Shown here: piece by piece, positions 37,981 to 64,000 of the stretch
How positions within the stretch are numbered: position 1 is the stretch's first letter
Layout of the letters: the number at the start of each line of letters is the position of its first letter
NCBI GenBank assembly: GCA_951406725.2
Contig: OX597827.1
Span: forward strand, 74,462,001-74,526,000
Length of the DNA stretch: 64,000 nt
Direction of reading: 5' to 3'
DNA from: Octopus vulgaris
Taxonomy: Eukaryota
Notes under the pieces: model-generated
What the model was told of the DNA's origin: nothing
Database searches by the model: none
What the model saw: the letters and a program-made list of their open reading frames with translations, nothing else
Made by a program: the position numbers and the translations under genes

Positions 37981-38369
37981 TCTTGCTTCCAGTCTGACCC
38001 CAGGCATCGTAAACTTAAACATCCTACAGTGAGTGTATCTAACAAAAAGCTTACCTTTGTTGGGAAAGGGATCTCCCTTCTCAGTCTCGTCCGTGTATTG
38101 CAGAGGATTCTTTGGTTAGAGCCGTCGTACATGGACGGACAGAAGTCCTTTCTGCAGGAGGCCTATGTCCTTGAGGGGAATGGAGGAAATTTATGCTATC
38201 TATGCAATAAATTTGTATTCCCTCGTGTAGGACCGACAAACTGTTCTTTGTAAAGTTCTGCAATCGGTATGTCTTGGAGTTCATCTGCAAGGAATTCATT
38301 CTTGTCCTTTATTGTCACTAAACTGAACCTCGCTACAGTTGGGAAGAGGTGGGGAGGATCCTTTTTTAT

Positions 38370-39240
38370 GACTGGGAGGGGTAGATTAGGCTGTTTTCTT
38401 TTACTTTTGTGTTAGGTTTGGCGTGGGGGACTATCGTGTGTGTCTGAAAGGCAAGATTTCTCTTGATGGTACTAGGAATAGAGGGACACTCTGCTCTTGC
38501 ATAACATGCTTTCCTCTCCAATCTGGATAGTTTCTGCAATTTCTGCGAGGTGGGCAAAGGCTGCTTGAATGATTGTTTAGATCCCCTGGCCTTTCCAGTT
38601 TTATTGCTCAATTTTAGTGGCTTCGAGGATCGATATTTTAATCTCTAATCGCATAATGTGTACTGCGCAAAGTCAGGTAACGTCTATCCCGGGAGGAATT
38701 TCTCCCACCGTTATTTTGGCAGTGGCCTTCCTAAGTAGATTGGTAGCAGCACTACCTCAGTTATTTTAATGGTTTTATTGAGTGTTGCCTGGCATTTTCC
38801 TCACTTTTGAAATGCACAACAGTTGTTGAAAATCTCTTCCCTCTTGTTAGAAATGTAATGTCTGACCAAATATGTTATAGATATTTCTCCAAGTCTTCTT
38901 TTGCGGCCTTTTCTAATTTTTCTCCATCGCCACGAAACTTTTGTACACCATTATTTTTCTTGTATTATTTTCTTTTAATTTACTGGAGAGGGTAATTTTC
39001 AACTCGTGTCCTCCCCTTTGAAACATTCCATTGTGTTTGTTTCGTGCATCCGGTTCAACGTTTTTTCCACGAGATACCTGCTACAGCAGCGAAATTTGTT
39101 ATCTTCTTCACCTGTTCTGGTTGGCGATCTTCAAAGACGACCTTACCTGTCGGCATGTTAAGCATGCTATCCATTGTTTTAAAATGTGTTTCCCTCAACA
39201 GAGTAGAGACTCATGGTTTGGGAATTAAAAATTCCACATA
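38370..39240 (-). mobile_element. Gag-like/ORF1 retroelement remnant (copy 1)
   Basis: LLPIYLGR / KITVGEIPPGID / ERKACY..RAECP, homologous to copies 2 and 3. Confidence 0.5.
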
Positions 39241-39949
39241 AATGGCACAAAATATAGCAAACTTAACAATTTTCCCTCCTCAAACGAGCGGAAAATATGT
39301 TCGAAAAGTCTGCAAACGCAGAACGTAGACAATATTGTAACAAGAAAAAGAAAACTCAGATGAGTTCAAACAAAAGACAATCCTATAATGCAAACCTCCC
39401 GTATGAGATAAACCAATCCAAGGCAAACTTGCGCTAAGAATAATTATTTTATTCGCGCCACAATAGGCAAACATAGACGGAGCGATACAAAATGGACACG
39501 GGGTCGGAACAGACAGCACAATTGGGGACATAAAATACAGAACAATGAATGGAATGATTATATTACAAATGAGGATGAACGTCTTAGCTGAGCCCCACCC
39601 AAAGGCAATCACGTTTTACTGTTCATTTACAATTTTCGAATTATTAATCGTTTAAAACCATTTTACTTATTTTTTCCTTTACCATATAAAATATAGCGCG
39701 AGTTCGTTGTTTTCTACCACCGGAAGGAAGGAGTCACACCTCACCTCCAACTCCAGTGAAGTTATGTCTGATTTGAATGTTTCGTTTACTGTATTGTAGT
39801 TTTGTTTGTCTTTTAAAATGGATTTCGTGTATGGTGCACAGTCTTGGGGTAGTTTTACTCTAATGGTGTTTTTAAAATTTTATTACACTTTTTCAATTGA
39901 TATATTATTCTGTATGTCATTATGCATGCTGCGTTTTTTTCTCGTGGTT

Positions 39950-41150
39950 TGTCTGTGTTGTGTATCTGCGTGTGAGATTTCGGGAGTTCTTTTGCGGCGG
40001 GGATGGTAGCAGTGGTGTATACTGTGTGAGTGCGTTGTTCTGTGTCTTGTTTGTCTGGTGTGTGTCTTGTTTCTATGTACAACCCTTCTTTTTTACATTG
40101 ATGTGTGCTTTTCAGTGTTGTGTTGACTCTTTCTCTCTTTTCCCTTCACTGTACTTCTCCTCAGAATCCTCACTTATGTCCTGGTATATCTGACTCCGCT
40201 GCTTCTTGTGTATGTTCCACCATCTTCGCGGCACTCTCAGGCTCGCTCCGGCTCTCGGCTGCATCTCTCTCTCCTTATACATTTTTGGGGCAGTTCTTTT
40301 TGATGTGCCCCTTCTGGCCACAACAATAACAGGTGGGAGGTCTCCCTTCCACTGTTACCGTCAGTTTTCATCTCATCTGGTAATTTTATATCAAGGACCT
40401 CATTTGGATAATTAATTCCAAACCCTAACCCCGTCAATTCAACTGTTGTGTTCTGGTTGCTTGGACAACTTTCGCCTCTTCCTTCGAGTTAGTAAGTATG
40501 GCTGTCGCTATCCATATTTCCGTTATCACTGGTGGAATCCTGCCAATCCTCACTCTAGAGATACATTTCCCTAGGTACGTTGGCTGGAGTACAATTCTTC
40601 CGTTCGTATTAGTACAGTGGAATGTTCGACTGCCACCTCTAGGGAAGCAAATCTTAACTCCAGAGTAATGTATTACCTTCTTCTGGTATAAAAGGAGATG
40701 TCTCCTCTTATTATGTCTAGGCATTTTTCTAAGGCATCTTCCGGTGCCATCTCGATCTTCTTTTCCTGCACATAACCGTACCCTTTCTCACTCTTTCGGT
40801 TCTTTCTCCTGGAAGGGTCAACTTTGCGTTCGACCCCTCCCTTTCTATTAGTTGCATGCAGTCGCACAATGCCTCTCCGTCAATAATAACCTCTCACTTT
40901 TCCAACTGCCTCACTGTGTTTCCTTTTTTGTGCCACAGACGCGTCGCTTCCACTTCGCGCTCCCTCGCACTCGACATCCATTTCAGAGATTTTTTTCCGC
41001 CCCAAATGGGAGGAAAATATTGGAAAGAAAAAAAGCACCAGACTGTTGAATAAGTTATGCGTTTTGAAAACAAACAGTAACACCTGGACAAAATATTTTC
41101 AAAACTTCAACAATTCTGGGCAAGAAACTTCGAACAAAATCACACTCACT
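39950..41150 (-). mobile_element. Gag-like/ORF1 (zinc-knuckle) retroelement remnant (copy 2)
   Basis: LQPTYLGKCISRVRIGRIPPVITEIWI; VEGRPPTCYCCGQKGHIKKNCPK (CCHC knuckle). Confidence 0.7.
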
Positions 41151-41179
41151 ATGTTAAGAGATGACTGTAACAACTTGCG

Positions 41180-42000
41180 CTAATAATAAAGTGATTTTTT
41201 ATTTCCCACAAAGGAAAACAAAGAAGGGGACATCACAATCTGATTGGATGTTCAGATGAACGAATGATTGTAACAACAAAATGAATTTTTAAATTTACAG
41301 AATTATATAAAACGAATGATGGAACAGACCGGAAGACATTACGGATGGAGTGGGGATGCGGGTTCATCTCGAACCTCACAAGCCCCGCCTCGCCACGTGC
41401 CTGAGACTCGTCCTGTGTCGCATTCAAGAGGTAACGTTCATACGCAACATTCGCGCAATATTCTTCCATCGATTATGAAACATTTTCGTAGACAGGCATT
41501 TTCTCTCTAGCCTTATTTTCTTTTTAAGGTGAAAGGTGAAGTAATTCACCAATTCAGGGCCAGAGATGAAGATACTTGAATTTAAGCCTTTCAATCTCGT
41601 CTTCCAAATCACCTCTCTCGCAATTGCTACTACAATGAGAAAACAATTCTTACCTTCTTTCGATAGGAAATCAGGCGGGTCAATTGTCACTATAGACTCA
41701 GTCGATAGCTGAACTCTTCCTGCACTTCACAAGAGTTGTTCAGCCTAAACCCACACGTCTGACACCATCGAACACTGAGCAATAGCGTACGGGACGGTTT
41801 CCCTTTCCCGCTCACATACTGGACAGGTCGATGGACTATGGCCACCATGCCTTGTGAGCTTGTCCGGAACAGGTAAGGCTTCTCGGTGACACTGCCATGC
41901 CTGAGACTTCTGAAAGTTGTCCAGGGTCTTCGGCCCGAATGTACGTTGGAACAGACTGGCCAGCTGATTATCATCGGGCCTAGGTTTCCCCCTCACAATA
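41180..42000 (-). mobile_element. L1/Tx1-like ORF2 3' end (zinc-binding C-terminal region)
   Basis: FQKSQAWQCHREALPVPDKL...CPVCERERETVPYAIAQC; AIAREVIWKTR. Confidence 0.75.
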
Positions 42001-42099
42001 AAGCAAGGGGCTGACATGTGGACATGTAGGGACATATAAGAAATTAAAAAAGGAACGAAAGTGCATGTTACAATGAATGACAAAATGAAAATGAGAGAT

Positions 42100-43340
42100 G
42101 AAATGAAGTATTCACAGCCCCCACCTCTGAGTCACTTCATTTTCACCTTTTTTCATTTTCCCTTTTTGTACTTGGTGACTTTCAAGATATCAAAAGCGTA
42201 CTCCTTTAGTAATTGCGTGTAATCTATGTTCCATGGTAATCTTTGAAATGTCTAGTTCGACTTCCCGCATTTTAAATCCTCCTTTGAATTTTATAACCTT
42301 TTCCCTCTGCTCCTCGTCCAACAACAGGCATCCTTGTTCGTTGTCGAACTTGCAAGTGTCCACCACTCTCATATTTTTCCACTTTTTTTTATTTCTTTAC
42401 GCAGGTCCTTATTAGTATTATCATACATAATAGCAAAGTTACTTCTTTTCTTTTTTCGGAAGGTGGGGAGGATGAACGGCTTGTGTCTGACTGCATTTTT
42501 TGTTGGTGGGTAAGTTCAGTGTCTGTAGGGAGCGGGTGGGAGGAAAAGGTGTGGGTGGGTGTTGGGTGGGGATTCTATATTTATTTTACTTGGTTTCTTC
42601 CTTTTTCTTTTCCTTTCCTTGCCTGGTGTCACCCACTCGCCCTCCGCCTCCGCTGGTGGCGGCGGCGCTACTCCTTCTCCTGCTGGTTCCTTCCCTCTCC
42701 CGCTGTCTTGTAGAGGCAGGTGCTCTAATGTGGCCTTTCTGGCCACATTTGCAGCGTCTGGGAATGCTGCCCTCCACTCTAGCCACCATTACCATACCAA
42801 ATACTACTGCTTCCGGCAACTCTTCCACTACTCCTCTCGATACCCGCATCACCATGTTTAGGGACTGCCCCCTCCAGCCTCCTGCTTCCGTCCCAGTTGC
42901 CCGGGGAACCGCCATCTCCTCGTCGCTGCCGAACAAGACAGCGGTCGTCATCCAGGCCACGTCGACGTCTGGGGGACTCACTCCACGCTGACCCCCACGG
43001 AACGCCTTCCATGACACATCGGCAACATCACCTCTTCATCAGCCCTTAAGACTGTTGCCTAATTTGACTTCCTTCAAGACCGCCCCCAGTGCCTTCTCTA
43101 CCCGATTCTTCTTCACCTCTTTGATCCCTTCTGCATCCACCGAGACCGCCTTGTACGCCACCGCATATTCCATCCCATCAACGATAATACTCATTTGGGT
43201 CGCCGCCCCCACATTAGCTCCCTCCCACTTGAACAGTCCCTCCACTGGTTTCCTTCCACATTGCACCCTGACACCCTTGCCACCTCCACCACAAAGCAGC
43301 AAAAACCAAAGTGTTCAGCGAACAGAACAACAATATTTAA
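42100..43340 (-). mobile_element. Gag-like/ORF1 (zinc-knuckle) retroelement remnant (copy 3)
   Basis: GVSPPDVDVAWMTTAVL...VEGSIPRRCKCGQKGHIRA. Confidence 0.7.
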
Positions 43341-43468
43341 ACCACAATACAACTGCAATGCAAACCAAATTCCTCAAAACTGAGAATAATGACAACGTGA
43401 AAGTACTACCTGCTTTTATATCAAGTTGATACAATCAGTTTATCCCATCCCCCTCCGACTGATTTTTT

Positions 43469-43526
43469 ATGAAAATTTTGTTTATAAATGTCAAGTTTTT
43501 GTCTTATAACTGCTATCTTACATCTG
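43469..43526 (+). CDS. Possible first coding exon of the lectin-EGF gene (MKILFINVKFLSYNCYLTS)
   Basis: ATG to a phase-1 GTAAAT donor, 180 nt upstream of the lectin exon. Frame-compatible, but only weakly like a signal peptide. Confidence 0.2.
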
Positions 43527-43706
43527 GTAAATTTGGGATGATACAAACTTGGTATATTTTATGTATATACTACATTTTTATTACTGTTATGTACAGAAAA
43601 GTGGAGCTATAGAAATATGTCACTTATTCAGAAAATACGCTCTCAAAATATATTGAAAAAAAACAACTTTGTACTAATTACTAATTCAGGCTTCTATGTT
43701 TTTCAG

Positions 43707-63191
<19,485 letters not shown>

Positions 63192-63481
63192 GTATGATAT
63201 GAAATTATAATACATTTCATAAAATTATGTTTAAATCTCTGCATCTGATTCTTATTTTATCTTTCCTTTCATTTAATTAACGTGGTAATGGAGACGCAGA
63301 CTAACCAGTTTATTTTCCAAACTTACATTCATTAAATACTTCGTGAATTCATATCGAGATATATTGAGATATATGGGTTCTATGCGCTTGTATGTATGCT
63401 GTATATATGTATGGATATGTATTTGTACATATACATGTATATGTATTTATGCATATACATACATATATATATATATATAGA

Positions 63482-63533
<52 letters not shown>

Positions 63534-63654
63534 CATATATATATATATATGTGTGTGTGTGTATAAATGTATATATATATATATATATATTGATAAAACG
63601 GTAAGATAACAAAAGAAAGAAAGAGACCTCAATATTATGTAAATAGAGGAAATT

Positions 63655-63988
63655 TATCTATACAATATGTTACATTACTCGGTAGTCAAGATAAAACTCT
63701 GAGTTTCAGATGCCGAAGTGGAAATCCACAACACCATCTCATCGGTTATCTGGCTATTTGAAAACGTTATGAAAAAAATTTTATGAAAAAATATATGAAA
63801 AAATATACCGTTATGAAAAAATATACCGTTATGAAAAAATATATGAAAAAATATTTAACGGTATATTTTTTCATAGCGTTTTCAAATAGCCAGATAACCG
63901 ATGAGATGGTGTTGTGGATTTCCACTTCGGCATCTGAAACTCAGAGTTTTATCTTGACTACCGAGTAATGTAACATATTGTATAGATA
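63655..63988. repeat. Near-perfect inverted repeat (about 120-bp arms) with a spacer of tandem TATGAAAAAATATA(CCGT) units
   Basis: 63655-63777 is the reverse complement of about 63866-63988, with one visible mismatch. Confidence 0.93.
63892..63954 (+). ncRNA. Hammerhead-ribozyme-like motif (mirror copy at 63689-63751, -)
   Basis: AGATAA-CCGATGA-GATG...CATC-T-GAAA-CTC-A-GAG-TT-TTATCT. All three stems pair; the core differs from consensus by U4C. Confidence 0.55.
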
Positions 63989-64000
63989 TATATATATATA

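Noticed and set aside
63768-63875. Short direct repeats resembling a CRISPR array, and the ORF MKKYMKKYTV
   Set aside because: No unique spacers and a eukaryotic context; this is the stuttered spacer of the inverted repeat.

Overview
AT-rich, repeat-dense eukaryotic genomic DNA; the SINEs and microsatellite load suggest a mollusc, probably an octopus (inference). Most entries in the ORF track are microsatellite or transposon artefacts. Two spliced genes can be rebuilt by hand. (1) Minus strand, 27454->453: eleven phase-consistent GT-AG exons of a receptor-type protein tyrosine phosphatase, covering the TM helix, juxtamembrane region, a complete D1 domain (WPD, HCSAGVGRTG) and the start of a probable D1-D2 linker; it runs off the left edge. 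(2) Plus strand, 43707->63191: five phase-1 exons encoding an F-type-lectin (fucolectin/F5-8C-like) domain and three MEGF10/SCARF-type EGF repeats; it runs off the right edge. The two point away from each other across a 100-N gap (37881-37980). Within this window one lacks an ectodomain, the other lacks a cytoplasmic part, and their intron phases are compatible. The introns hold decayed Tc1/mariner, Chapaev-like, Helitron, CR1, R4/Dong-like, Tx1/L1-like and Penelope-like elements plus tRNA-derived SINEs. About ten short Penelope-type termini carry minimal hammerhead-ribozyme-like motifs, often as inverted pairs next to (TA)n tracts.
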